Positions 9,814 to 18,376 of a stretch of 64,000 nt of DNA are shown here, one piece after another. The translations under genes and the position numbers were made by a program. Source of the stretch: an uncultured Bacteroidales bacterium (lineage in GTDB: Bacteria; Bacteroidota; Bacteroidia; Bacteroidales; UBA11471); contig CANQDQ010000010.1 in NCBI GenBank assembly GCA_947593515.1, positions 73 to 64,072 of the forward strand. The letters run 5' to 3'. Positions within the stretch are counted from its first letter, which is position 1. Each line of letters opens with the position of its first letter. Under the pieces are notes generated by a model. That model had not been told where the DNA came from. It searched no databases and saw only the letters and a program-made list of their open reading frames with translations.

Positions 9814-10995
9814 ATGGAAAAAGAGACGACGGTATTCGGCACTTTGCGGAAATTGATGCGTAGAGAGTGGCACGCGTTGGTGTCGCGTCCGCTCTATTGG
9901 ACAATCATGATTTGCGCGCCGCTGTTCTGCTATGTCTTTTTCCTTTCGCTGATGGATAACGGGCTGCCCGAAAAACTGCCCACTGCCGTCGTCGATCTCG
10001 ACCATAGCGCCACCTCCCGCAACCTGACCCGCCAGCTTACCACATACCAAACGCTCGACATCACGGCCCAATATGTGAGCTTTGCCGAAGCCCGTCAAGC
10101 CATGCAGCAAGGAAAACTGTTCGGCTTCTTGGTGATTCCGGAATCGTTCGAGGCCGACCTTTATGCCAACCGCCAACCGCAAATACCCTATTTCACCACC
10201 AGCGTCTACTTCATTCCCAGCGCGTTGATATACAAGAGCTTCACCACCATGACGACGCTCGCCGCCGGTGCTGCCGTACAGCAAACCCTGTTGGCAAAAG
10301 GCGAGTACGAGCGCGACATCATGCCGCAGATACAGCCCATTACGGTGGATATGCACCCACTCGGAAACCCGTGGACAAACTACTCCATATACCTCAACAA
10401 CACTTTTCTGCCGGGCATATTGGAGGTATTGATACTTCTGGTAACCATTTTCTCGATAGGCTCCGAAGTCAAAGACGGGACATCGCGCGAATGGCTGAAT
10501 ACCGCCAACAACAATATCCTCTTGGCAATCATCGGGAAGCTGCTGCCGCAAACGCTCATCTTTTTCATCATGGGCATATTCTGTCAGTCGCTGCTCTACG
10601 GCTATTGCGGATTCCCGCTACAAAACGGCATTCTGCCCATGTCAGCAGCCATGTTCCTTTTCGTCGTGGCGATACAGGGCACGGGCGTACTCTTTTTCAG
10701 CATCATTCCCTCGCTGCGCCTCGCACTGAGTGCCGGCTCGCTGTTGGGTGTCGTATCGTTTTCCCTTACGGGATTTTCATTCCCGTCCGAAGCCATGTAC
10801 TCGACATTCCATCTCTTGACCGACATTCTGCCCCTGCGACATTACTTCATCATCTACGTCGATCAGGCATTGAACAGCATTCCGCTCTACTACTGCCGGA
10901 TTCACTATCTCGCGCTCCTCGTTTATCCGTTATTGGCACTTTGTTTCCTGCCGCTGCTCAAAAGAGCGTTGCGCCAACAAGTCTACATACCTTAA
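9814..10995 (+). CDS. ABC-2 type transporter permease (YhhJ/YbhS-like)
   Basis: ATG 9814 (the track start at 9805 is TTG). About 393 aa with an N-terminal TM, a large periplasmic loop and five C-terminal TMs. Confidence 0.8.
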   Translation: MEKETTVFGTLRKLMRREWHALVSRPLYWTIMICAPLFCYVFFLSLMDNGLPEKLPTAVVDLDHSATSRNLTRQLTTYQTLDITAQYVSFAEARQAMQQGKLFGFLVIPESFEADLYANRQPQIPYFTTSVYFIPSALIYKSFTTMTTLAAGAAVQQTLLAKGEYERDIMPQIQPITVDMHPLGNPWTNYSIYLNNTFLPGILEVLILLVTIFSIGSEVKDGTSREWLNTANNNILLAIIGKLLPQTLIFFIMGIFCQSLLYGYCGFPLQNGILPMSAAMFLFVVAIQGTGVLFFSIIPSLRLALSAGSLLGVVSFSLTGFSFPSEAMYSTFHLLTDILPLRHYFIIYVDQALNSIPLYYCRIHYLALLVYPLLALCFLPLLKRALRQQVYIP

Positions 10996-11006
10996 TATAT
11001 ACCGAT

Positions 11007-12212
11007 ATGAAAACAGGATTTTTCGCTTCATTGAAAAACGGGTTGGCAGACACCATTCGTATCTGGCGGCAAGAATACGTATCGGTATTCAAAGATATGG
11101 GCGCGATGTTGTTTTTCTTCGTCTTGCCTTTTGCCTATCCTCTGTTATACGCATTCATCTACAATCCGGAAGTGGTACGGGACGTACCCCTTGTCGTCGT
11201 CGATAACTCCCGCACGGTACTGAGCCGGGAGCTGTGCCGGCGTGTCGATGCCTCGCCCAACACGGCAATCGTTTCTTACTGCGCCAATCTCGACGAAGCA
11301 AAAGACTTGATGTACCGGCGCGTGTGCCACGGCATCATGGAAATTCCTGAAGATTTCAGCAAAAAGGTGGTACAGAACGAACAAAGCCCCGTTCTGTTCT
11401 ACTCCGACATGAGCATTCTCATCAATTACAAAAACTTCTTGGCGACTCTCACGGAAATAACCCTCGACATGGGCAAGGAGTTGCAGAGCGAAAAATTGGT
11501 AGGCGCCACCGCGAAACAAATCGATATGGCAACCAACCCCATACCCGGATTTTCCATCGTACTCTACAACCCGACCGGAGGATTCGCCTCGTTCCTCATG
11601 CCGGCGTTGCTCATAGTCATCTTGCAGCAAAGTATCATCTTAGGCATCGGATTGCTTGCCGGAGGGCGGCACGAACATAGAAAGCTCTCCCCCGAAACCC
11701 GACAAGAGAACGTATGGCACCTGTTGTTCGGAAAATCGGCTTGCTATTACAGTCTTTACATCATGACGGTAATGTACACGCTGCACATCATTCCGTGGCT
11801 GTTCGACTATCCGCAACTCGGCAACCAATGGGATATATACATCTTCCTGTTGCCGTTCCTGCTCTCGTCGATATTCTTCGGCTTGACACTGTCGGTACTG
11901 GTACGCGAGCGCGAAAGCGTATTCTTGGTCATCGTCTTCACCTCTATGGTATTCCTCTTCGTAAGCGGCGTTACATGGCCCTACGACCGAATGCCGCTCG
12001 TGTGGAAAGTTTTGGGTGGATTCATTCCCTCGACATGGGGAGTGGAAGGTTTTCTGCGCTTGAACTCCGAAGGCGCAACGATGCCCGACGTCAAGGAAGA
12101 ATTTTACAGCCTTTGGGGTCTTACCCTGCTCTATTTCTTCACCGCTTACGGCGTCATTCATTACCGTCAGTGGAAAGAGAGAAAAGCCCTCGCTGCCGTC
12201 GAAACGGAATAA
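11007..12212 (+). CDS. ABC-2 type transporter permease (second paralogue)
   Basis: True start at ATG 11007 (MKTGFFASLKNG). The 613-aa track ORF is an upstream out-of-gene extension. Same architecture as the preceding permease. Confidence 0.8.
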   Translation: MKTGFFASLKNGLADTIRIWRQEYVSVFKDMGAMLFFFVLPFAYPLLYAFIYNPEVVRDVPLVVVDNSRTVLSRELCRRVDASPNTAIVSYCANLDEAKDLMYRRVCHGIMEIPEDFSKKVVQNEQSPVLFYSDMSILINYKNFLATLTEITLDMGKELQSEKLVGATAKQIDMATNPIPGFSIVLYNPTGGFASFLMPALLIVILQQSIILGIGLLAGGRHEHRKLSPETRQENVWHLLFGKSACYYSLYIMTVMYTLHIIPWLFDYPQLGNQWDIYIFLLPFLLSSIFFGLTLSVLVRERESVFLVIVFTSMVFLFVSGVTWPYDRMPLVWKVLGGFIPSTWGVEGFLRLNSEGATMPDVKEEFYSLWGLTLLYFFTAYGVIHYRQWKERKALAAVETE

Positions 12213-12216
12213 TCCG

Positions 12217-12723
12217 TTACTCCTTAAAATCTTTCAACGTCAGTTGCAGCTGCTGTCGACCAACGTAAATACGGCTTTTCACCGTGCCGATGGGTATGCC
12301 TATCTTGCGAGCGATTTCGTGATATTTATATCCCGATAAATAAAGAGAAAACGGAATTTTATACGTTTCATGGAGCGACTCTACGGCTTCATGTATTTCG
12401 CGCACATCGCAACCCGCATCGGAAGACTCCGACGATAAAAAATCGAAAGAAAAATTTTCAATCCGTGCCCACTGTTCGTCAGGCAGACGACACTGCCTGA
12501 CAGTACGGTTGTATTCATTGAAATAAAGGTTGCGCATCACCGTGTAAATCCACCCGTCCAGATTGATTTCCTCCTTATACGCATGACAAGCCGCCAGAAT
12601 CTTCAACATTGTCGATTGCAGCAAATCGCGGGCTTCTTCACAATCCGACGTCAAATTGTAAGCCCATTGATACATTTCCTTTTGATTACGGACCAAATAA
12701 TCGGTCAAAACATGTTTATCCAT
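12217..12723 (-). CDS. RNA polymerase sigma-70 family factor (ECF-like)
   Basis: 168 aa. Region 2 (ARDLLQSTMLKIL...WIYTVMRNLYFNEY) and region 4 HTH (YHEIARKIGIPIGTVKSRIYVGRQQL). Confidence 0.85.
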   Translation of the reverse strand: MDKHVLTDYLVRNQKEMYQWAYNLTSDCEEARDLLQSTMLKILAACHAYKEEINLDGWIYTVMRNLYFNEYNRTVRQCRLPDEQWARIENFSFDFLSSESSDAGCDVREIHEAVESLHETYKIPFSLYLSGYKYHEIARKIGIPIGTVKSRIYVGRQQLQLTLKDFKE

Positions 12724-12847
12724 TCCCTTACAGCCTCCCCTTTCTCGGGCTTTTTCTCTTAAACAAATTTAAGAGTTTTCTTGTTCGGTGGATACTTGCT
12801 TTCCCCTATTTTTTTGAAAAAAAATAAATTTATCTTCCAAAGGAGCT

Positions 12848-13342
12848 CTATAACGCTGAAACTTTGATGCCGACAGCCGTTATCCCATCCAACTCCAAAT
12901 CCTGCATTCCCTGCTGTATGGCAATATGCCAAAGCCCAGACCGGTCGAACCGGAATGCCTGCCGATATAAAAATTCATATTGTATCGAAGCCCCGATTCC
13001 CGACCCGAGCCATCGGCCGTATTCATCTGCCAGACGAATGTTCACCGTATCGACCGTCGCCGTATTGTCGGGCGCCACCGTCGTTACGAAAAGCCATAAG
13101 TTGCTGTACGGATAATCATCGGTATATCGCAGGCGCAATGCCACGTCGTACACTCCGACCGTATCGGAAACAGGCACCTCCATACGCACCGGCGAATCGG
13201 CAAGCCACCCCGATACCGGCACCGACTCATACCACTGCATATTGTTTCCGTCGAAACGGCACGACGCCAACACGAGCGTCGAGAGCAACAAAATGCAGCA
13301 GCTATTGATTATCGGTCGGTTGTTGGGGCGCAGCATTATCAT
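12848..13342 (-). CDS. gldH: Gliding-motility / T9SS-associated lipoprotein GldH
   Basis: Start at ATG 13342 (MIMLRPNN...LLLSTLVLASC lipobox). The body (WYESVPVSGW...YDVALRLRYTDDYPYSNLWLFV) is GldH-like. It sits directly downstream of a PSP1 gene, as in other Bacteroidota. Confidence 0.7.
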   Translation of the reverse strand: MIMLRPNNRPIINSCCILLLSTLVLASCRFDGNNMQWYESVPVSGWLADSPVRMEVPVSDTVGVYDVALRLRYTDDYPYSNLWLFVTTVAPDNTATVDTVNIRLADEYGRWLGSGIGASIQYEFLYRQAFRFDRSGLWHIAIQQGMQDLELDGITAVGIKVSAL

Positions 13343-14636
13343 CGTTCGTAAAATTACGCCGGTTGTTTTTATTATTGTTGTTTCCGTTGTGGCGGCGATT
13401 GTGCCGGTTCTCGCCGCGTGCATTGAAGCCCGACTGCTGCTCCCTGTTGTTTTCAGGGCGTTGGGCACCGCCGCCGTTGCGATTTTTCTTTTTCCGGTTG
13501 TTGCCGCCCTGACGGTTTTTCTTGTCGAAACGGGTAAGGCTGTCCTGCCCCACCACATCTTCAAACTCTTTCCGTACAGGTTCGGTGCTTTCCATCGCCA
13601 ACTTTTCGGGTTTGATGCCCCGCTTGTTGAGGGCGATGACCTCGAAGGCTCGCGAAGCATCGACGGTTACCAGATTGGCTGCCACCTCTTTCGACGACGA
13701 ATAGGTGAGCTGCCGTTTGAAAATATCGGTCTTGAAATGGTAGAAAGTACCCTCCTGCGTTTCCAACGGAATCTCCCGCGAAGGCAGTCGCTTGAAACTC
13801 TCGACGTAGGCATCGACCTCGAAATTGAGGCAGCATTTCAGCTTGGCGCACTGCCCCGCCAACTTCTGCGGATTGAGCGAAATATCCTGATAACGGGCGG
13901 CACTGGTGGCAACAGACACGAAATTACTAATCCATGACGAACAGCACAGCTGCCTGCCGCACGGTCCGATGCCGCCGATGCGTCCCGCCTCCTGCCGCGC
14001 ACCGATTTGTTTCATTTCTATGCGCACATGGAAAACATCTGCCAGCACTTTTATCAACTGCCGGAAATCGACACGGTCGTCGGCAATGTAATAAAATATC
14101 GCCTTATTGCCGTCGCCCTGATACTCCACATCGCCGATTTTCATGTTCAGATGCAGGTCTTCCGCAATTTTTCGGGCGCGGAGCATCGTATCGTGTTCGC
14201 GCGACTTGGCTTCTTTGAATTTTTCGAGGTCGTTGGATTTTGCTTTCCGGTAGACCCGCTTCAAATCGGGATTGTCGAGCCGCACGCCGTTTTTCCGCAT
14301 TTGCAGCAAAACCAGCCGGCCGGTAAGCGAAACGACGCCTATATCGTGTCCGGGATTTCCTTCCACCGCCACGATGTCGCCTTTTTCGAGACGAAGATGC
14401 GCCGAGTTTTTATAGTAGCCTTTCCGTGTATTCTTGAATTGCACCTCCACCATTTCCGTATCGTCGTGCGACTCCGGAATGTCCGCCAGCCAGTCGCAGC
14501 AGCCGAGCTTCCCGCCGCACTGCGCCACGACTGCCGCTGACAAATCGGGCGAAACAGCCGCCGACGTCTCCGGCACGGGGACATTGTTGGGGGCAATATC
14601 GGATTGTTTGTTGTCCATAATCTTCCTGTCTTGCAA
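13302..14636 (-). CDS. PSP1 domain protein (RicT/YaaT-like) with an R/N/G-rich C-terminal tail
   Basis: 444 aa. PSP1 core with the cysteine cluster GPCGRQLCCSSW...CAKLKCCLNFE. The last ~76 aa are low-complexity and basic. Confidence 0.85.
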   Translation of the reverse strand: MQDRKIMDNKQSDIAPNNVPVPETSAAVSPDLSAAVVAQCGGKLGCCDWLADIPESHDDTEMVEVQFKNTRKGYYKNSAHLRLEKGDIVAVEGNPGHDIGVVSLTGRLVLLQMRKNGVRLDNPDLKRVYRKAKSNDLEKFKEAKSREHDTMLRARKIAEDLHLNMKIGDVEYQGDGNKAIFYYIADDRVDFRQLIKVLADVFHVRIEMKQIGARQEAGRIGGIGPCGRQLCCSSWISNFVSVATSAARYQDISLNPQKLAGQCAKLKCCLNFEVDAYVESFKRLPSREIPLETQEGTFYHFKTDIFKRQLTYSSSKEVAANLVTVDASRAFEVIALNKRGIKPEKLAMESTEPVRKEFEDVVGQDSLTRFDKKNRQGGNNRKKKNRNGGGAQRPENNREQQSGFNARGENRHNRRHNGNNNNKNNRRNFTNDDNAAPQQPTDNQ

Positions 14637-14701
14637 CGCCCTGCGGGCAAGCGAACGTCATGCCGCCTCCCCGCCGGACAAAAGAAAATGAGCTTTCGTG
14701 T

Positions 14702-16243
14702 TTATTTGGCGAAACTTACCGCACGGGTTTCGCGGATTACCGTAATCTTCACCTGTCCCGGATAGGTCATTTCGTCCTGTATGCGCTTGGCGATTTCCGA
14801 CGACAGCGTTTCGATTTCGGAATCGTCTATCTTGTCGGCGCCCACGATTACGCGCAATTCGCGACCGGCTTGTATGGCATACGTTTTCAATACGCCCGGA
14901 TAAGAGAGCGCCAACTGCTCCAAATCGTTCAGCCGTTTGATGTAGGCTTCGACGATTTCGCGGCGGGCACCCGGGCGGGCGCCTGAAATGGCATCGCACA
15001 CCTGCACGATAGGTGCCAACAGGCTGGTCATTTCCGTCTCGTCGTGGTGCGCCCCGATAGCATTGCATATCTCCGGTTTTTCCTTGTATTTCTCCGCCAG
15101 CTTCATACCCAGCAGTGCGTGCGGCAGTTCCGGCTCGTCGTCGGGTACCTTGCCGATATCGTGCAAGAGTCCGGCGCGTTTGGCTTTCTTCGGGTTCAAT
15201 CCGAGTTCCGAAGCCATGATGGCGCAAAGGTTCGCCGTTTCGCGGGAGTGTTGCAACAGGTTCTGTCCGTAAGACGAACGGTATTTCATCTTGCCCACCA
15301 AGCGAATAAGTTCGGGGTGCAGACCGTGTACGCCCAAATCTATTGTCGTGCGCTTACCGGTTTCTATGATTTCTTCTTCCACCTGTTTTTTCACTTTGGC
15401 AACGACCTCTTCGATGCGGGCGGGGTGTATGCGACCGTCCGTTACCAGCTGGTGCAGAGCCAGACGGGCGATTTCGCGACGCACCGGATCGAATCCCGAA
15501 AGCACGATGGCTTCGGGCGTGTCGTCCACGATGATTTCGATTCCCGTAGCCGCTTCGAGGGCGCGGATGTTGCGACCTTCGCGACCGATTATGCGACCCT
15601 TTATTTCATCGGAATCGATATGGAATACCGTTACCGAATTTTCTATCGCCGTTTCGGTAGCCACGCGCTGTATCGTCTTGATGACGATGCTCTTGGCTTC
15701 CTTATTCGCCGTCATGCGGGCTTCGTCCATGATGTCGTTGATATACGATGCCGCCTGCGTTTTTGCCTCTTCTTTGAGCGACTCGACAAGGCGCTCTTTC
15801 GCCTCCTCCGCCGACAAACCCGAAATGTGTTCGAGTTTTTCTACTTCGGCTTTATGCAGGCGTTCCAGCTCCTGCTTCCGCTTCTCGACCATTTCCACCT
15901 GCGCATCGAGATTGGTGCGCACGGCGTCGGTTTCCGTTTTTTTGCGCTGCAACTCCTGTTGCTGCTGGTTGAGTTGCATTTCGCGCTGCCGTATTTTCGC
16001 CTCTGCCGACTGCACTTTGGCGCTGCGTCCGGCAAGCTGGTTTTCGAGGTCGGCTTTCATGGAAATGAATTTCTCTTTCACTTCCATCATTTTATTGCGT
16101 TTTATCGTTTCCGCTTCCGTTCTCGCTTCTTCGAGAATCGAACGGGTGCGCCCGTTCAAACGCACTTTGTAGATTACAAAGCAGAGCAGCAGCGCTACGG
16201 CAAGCCCTGCCACGATTCCTATCACTAATGATATAGGTTCCAT
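14702..16243 (-). CDS. rny: Ribonuclease Y
   Basis: 513 aa. N-terminal TM, long coiled coil, KH domain ([12 protein letters not shown]), HD domain (LLHDIGK...GAHHDE). Confidence 0.95.
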   Translation of the reverse strand: MEPISLVIGIVAGLAVALLLCFVIYKVRLNGRTRSILEEARTEAETIKRNKMMEVKEKFISMKADLENQLAGRSAKVQSAEAKIRQREMQLNQQQQELQRKKTETDAVRTNLDAQVEMVEKRKQELERLHKAEVEKLEHISGLSAEEAKERLVESLKEEAKTQAASYINDIMDEARMTANKEAKSIVIKTIQRVATETAIENSVTVFHIDSDEIKGRIIGREGRNIRALEAATGIEIIVDDTPEAIVLSGFDPVRREIARLALHQLVTDGRIHPARIEEVVAKVKKQVEEEIIETGKRTTIDLGVHGLHPELIRLVGKMKYRSSYGQNLLQHSRETANLCAIMASELGLNPKKAKRAGLLHDIGKVPDDEPELPHALLGMKLAEKYKEKPEICNAIGAHHDETEMTSLLAPIVQVCDAISGARPGARREIVEAYIKRLNDLEQLALSYPGVLKTYAIQAGRELRVIVGADKIDDSEIETLSSEIAKRIQDEMTYPGQVKITVIRETRAVSFAK

Positions 16244-16261
16244 ATTGTCGTAATTTTAGTT

Positions 16262-16305
16262 AAAAAAAAGCACCGCATCAATATTTGAAAATATTGTTGC
16301 AGTGC
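16262..16305 (-). terminator. Rho-independent terminator-like hairpin between zapA and rny
   Basis: Minus strand reads GCACTGCAACAATAT-TTTCA-AATATTGATGCGGTGC followed by T8. It ends 18 nt before the rny ATG. Confidence 0.6.
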
Positions 16306-16327
16306 GGGTTATCCAGTATGTTTGTAA

Positions 16328-16669
16328 TCAATCTTCTATCCCGGTCTCAGGCTCGGGAGTCTGCAAATAGCTTTCGAGTTCCTTGTCTATACGGAGCAAT
16401 TCCCCGTTCAGAATCTCGGCATCTTTCGATGCTTCCAGAAACAGATAATCGTAAGCGATATCCCATGCCGCAAGAGAGAGAAAGTCCTGCGTATCTTTTT
16501 TCGACTGGGACATCTGCTGCTGATATTTTCTGTACCGTCGTCCCACTTCCTCGGCGGCGCCCCGCGCGATAGGTTCCTGTGTACTGAGTTTGTCTCTCGA
16601 TACGGCCAGGGTGTAAGACCGGTTGGCTATCGTAACAGTTATTCGTTGTTTACTTTGTTTATCGTCCAT
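16328..16669 (-). CDS. zapA: Cell division protein ZapA
   Basis: Start at ATG 16669 (MDDKQSKQRITVTIANRSYTLAV...). Size and pattern are typical of ZapA. Confidence 0.8.
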   Translation of the reverse strand: MDDKQSKQRITVTIANRSYTLAVSRDKLSTQEPIARGAAEEVGRRYRKYQQQMSQSKKDTQDFLSLAAWDIAYDYLFLEASKDAEILNGELLRIDKELESYLQTPEPETGIED

Positions 16670-16674
16670 CGCAT

Positions 16675-16968
16675 CTAATCGTTTAACAAAGAGATGCACT
16701 TGTCGATTTCCCGCACCAACTTTTCAAATCGGCTGCGCGCTTCCGAAAAATCGCCTTTTTCGGAAACAACGGCTTGTGCCATAAGCAGATTCCGGTATTT
16801 CGACTCTATCCCTTCCAGTTTCTTTTTCAACTCCTCCACTGTATTGTTTCGCTCCCGCAATCGGCTTTCCAGTTTTTCGCATCGCTCGCGCAATGCCTCA
16901 TGGCGGGTTATCAATTCAGTTACATGAGTATGCAAACTGTCTATTGCATTTCGGGGACTGTCTGCCAT
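16675..16968 (-). CDS. Small coiled-coil protein adjacent to zapA (function unknown)
   Basis: Start at ATG 16968 (MADSPRNAIDSLH...). About 97 aa, almost entirely heptad-like. A TATCTTTG box lies 22 nt upstream. Confidence 0.55.
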   Translation of the reverse strand: MADSPRNAIDSLHTHVTELITRHEALRERCEKLESRLRERNNTVEELKKKLEGIESKYRNLLMAQAVVSEKGDFSEARSRFEKLVREIDKCISLLND

Positions 16969-16989
16969 ATAGATACACCAAAATCTACA

Positions 16990-16997
16990 CAAAGATA
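16990..16997 (-). promoter_or_regulatory. -7 promoter box TATCTTTG (minus strand)
   Basis: Forward-strand caaagata, 22 nt upstream of ATG 16968. Confidence 0.45.
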
Positions 16998-17092
16998 GAT
17001 ATTTTCTTTCGATTCGGCAACTATTTCCCTGTCTTTTCATTATTTTTTCGATTTATTTTTATTATTTTTGACTCTCATACAAACTTTATCAT

Positions 17093-17100
17093 TACCTTTG
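17093..17100 (+). promoter_or_regulatory. -7 promoter box TACCTTTG
   Basis: Consensus match 123 nt upstream of the RND adaptor ATG. It is followed by the hairpin GCCCTG-N13-CAGGGC and ATTTTCT at 17115-17146. Confidence 0.35.
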
Positions 17101-17222
17101 CGTCTGTTTTTACAGCCCTGAAAGCCTTACTGACAGGGCATTTTCTCGCAAAGACAAGGAAAGAATAATAAGGTAAAAAAAATAATTCTCTAAGCATCTT
17201 AACAAAAAAACAGAACGTGATT

Positions 17223-18347
17223 ATGAAATCAATCCGATTTTCTATCCGCATCGTTGCTTATGCAACACTGTGTGCCACACTGTTTTCCTGTGGAGGAAAA
17301 GGCACGCAGGGACAAGGAGGATTCGCTCGCGAATACCATGTTCAGACTTTGGAACCTTCCGGAATGGAATGGTACAGCAATTATCCGGCAGCCATCAAAG
17401 GAAAACAAGACATAGCCATACGCCCCAACGTAAGCGGCTTCATCACGGAATTGTGCGTCGATGAAGGCTCCCTCGTGAAAAAGGGCGACGTGCTTTTCGT
17501 CATCGATACGATTCCCTACAAAGCCGCGCTGAAAATAGCCGAAGCCAACGTCGAAGTGGCAAAATCCGCTACCGAGACCGCCCGCCTCACAGCCGAAAAC
17601 AAACAGGAACTCTATCGTAAAGGCATCATCAGCGAATACGAAATGCAAATGGCGCAAAACTCGTATGCCTCCGCCAAAGCCCAACTGGCTGAAGCCGAAG
17701 CCCAATTGGTCAATGCCCGCAACAACGATTCGTTCACCCGCGTAACCAGCCCACTCACCGGTGTCGTAGGCGAAATTCCTTTCCGTGTGGGCAGTCTGGT
17801 ATCGCCCTCGACAGCAACGCCCCTGACGACCGTTTCCGACAACTCCGAAATGTATGTTTATTTCTCCATGACCGAGCGTCAGATTCTGGAAATGGCAAAC
17901 CAATACGGAGCAAACAATTTCCTGAGCAAACTCCCCGCCGTATCGCTGCGGCTCTCCGACGGCAGCATCTACCCCTTGAAGGGTAAAATCGAAACCGTCA
18001 GCGGTATCATCGATGCGCAAACCGGTTCGTCGGTCATGCGCGCCACCTTCAAAAACCCCGACAAACTGCTGCGCAGCGGCGGCAGCGGCGTCATCATGAT
18101 TCCGATGAAAAACGATGCAGCCATACTCATTCCGCAAAAAGCCACCTTTGAAATACAAGACAAAAAATTCGTCTATGTACTCACCGACAGTTCTACGGTA
18201 AAATCGACCGAAGTGGGCATTTCTGCTATCGACAACGGAAAAGAATACATGGTTACTTCGGGTGTGAAAGCCGGCGACCGCATCGTCATCGAAGGTGTCA
18301 ATACCCTCAAAGACGGCATCGCCATCAAAGTAGCCGCTAACAACTAA
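17223..18347 (+). CDS. RND efflux periplasmic adaptor subunit (AcrA/MexA-like lipoprotein)
   Basis: ATG 17223 (the track start at 17217 is GTG). Lipobox LFSCGG, a lipoyl hairpin, coiled coil and beta-barrel. Confidence 0.9.
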   Translation: MKSIRFSIRIVAYATLCATLFSCGGKGTQGQGGFAREYHVQTLEPSGMEWYSNYPAAIKGKQDIAIRPNVSGFITELCVDEGSLVKKGDVLFVIDTIPYKAALKIAEANVEVAKSATETARLTAENKQELYRKGIISEYEMQMAQNSYASAKAQLAEAEAQLVNARNNDSFTRVTSPLTGVVGEIPFRVGSLVSPSTATPLTTVSDNSEMYVYFSMTERQILEMANQYGANNFLSKLPAVSLRLSDGSIYPLKGKIETVSGIIDAQTGSSVMRATFKNPDKLLRSGGSGVIMIPMKNDAAILIPQKATFEIQDKKFVYVLTDSSTVKSTEVGISAIDNGKEYMVTSGVKAGDRIVIEGVNTLKDGIAIKVAANN

Positions 18348-18376
18348 TAAACAACTTCGTAAAGAGGTAAAAAGAT

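Noticed and set aside
8776-10551. 591-aa minus-strand ORF opposite the HlyD and ABC-2 genes
   Set aside because: It is a shadow ORF of well-supported + strand genes with no recognisable motifs.
10371-11006. N-terminal 212-aa extension of the second ABC-2 permease ORF (613-aa track entry)
   Set aside because: The extension overlaps the first permease in another frame. The ATG at 11007 gives a protein collinear with its paralogue.
13343-13660. N-terminal extension of the gldH ORF (270-aa track entry)
   Set aside because: The extension lies inside the PSP1 CDS in another frame and is S/T/R/A-rich. The lipoprotein signal begins at the ATG at 13342.
16244-17222. Possible 6S RNA (ssrS) next to zapA, as in E. 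coli
   Set aside because: The zapA-rny gap is only 84 nt and is filled by a simple terminator hairpin. The 254-nt region upstream of the coiled-coil gene is AT-rich promoter DNA without the long imperfect duplex expected of 6S RNA.
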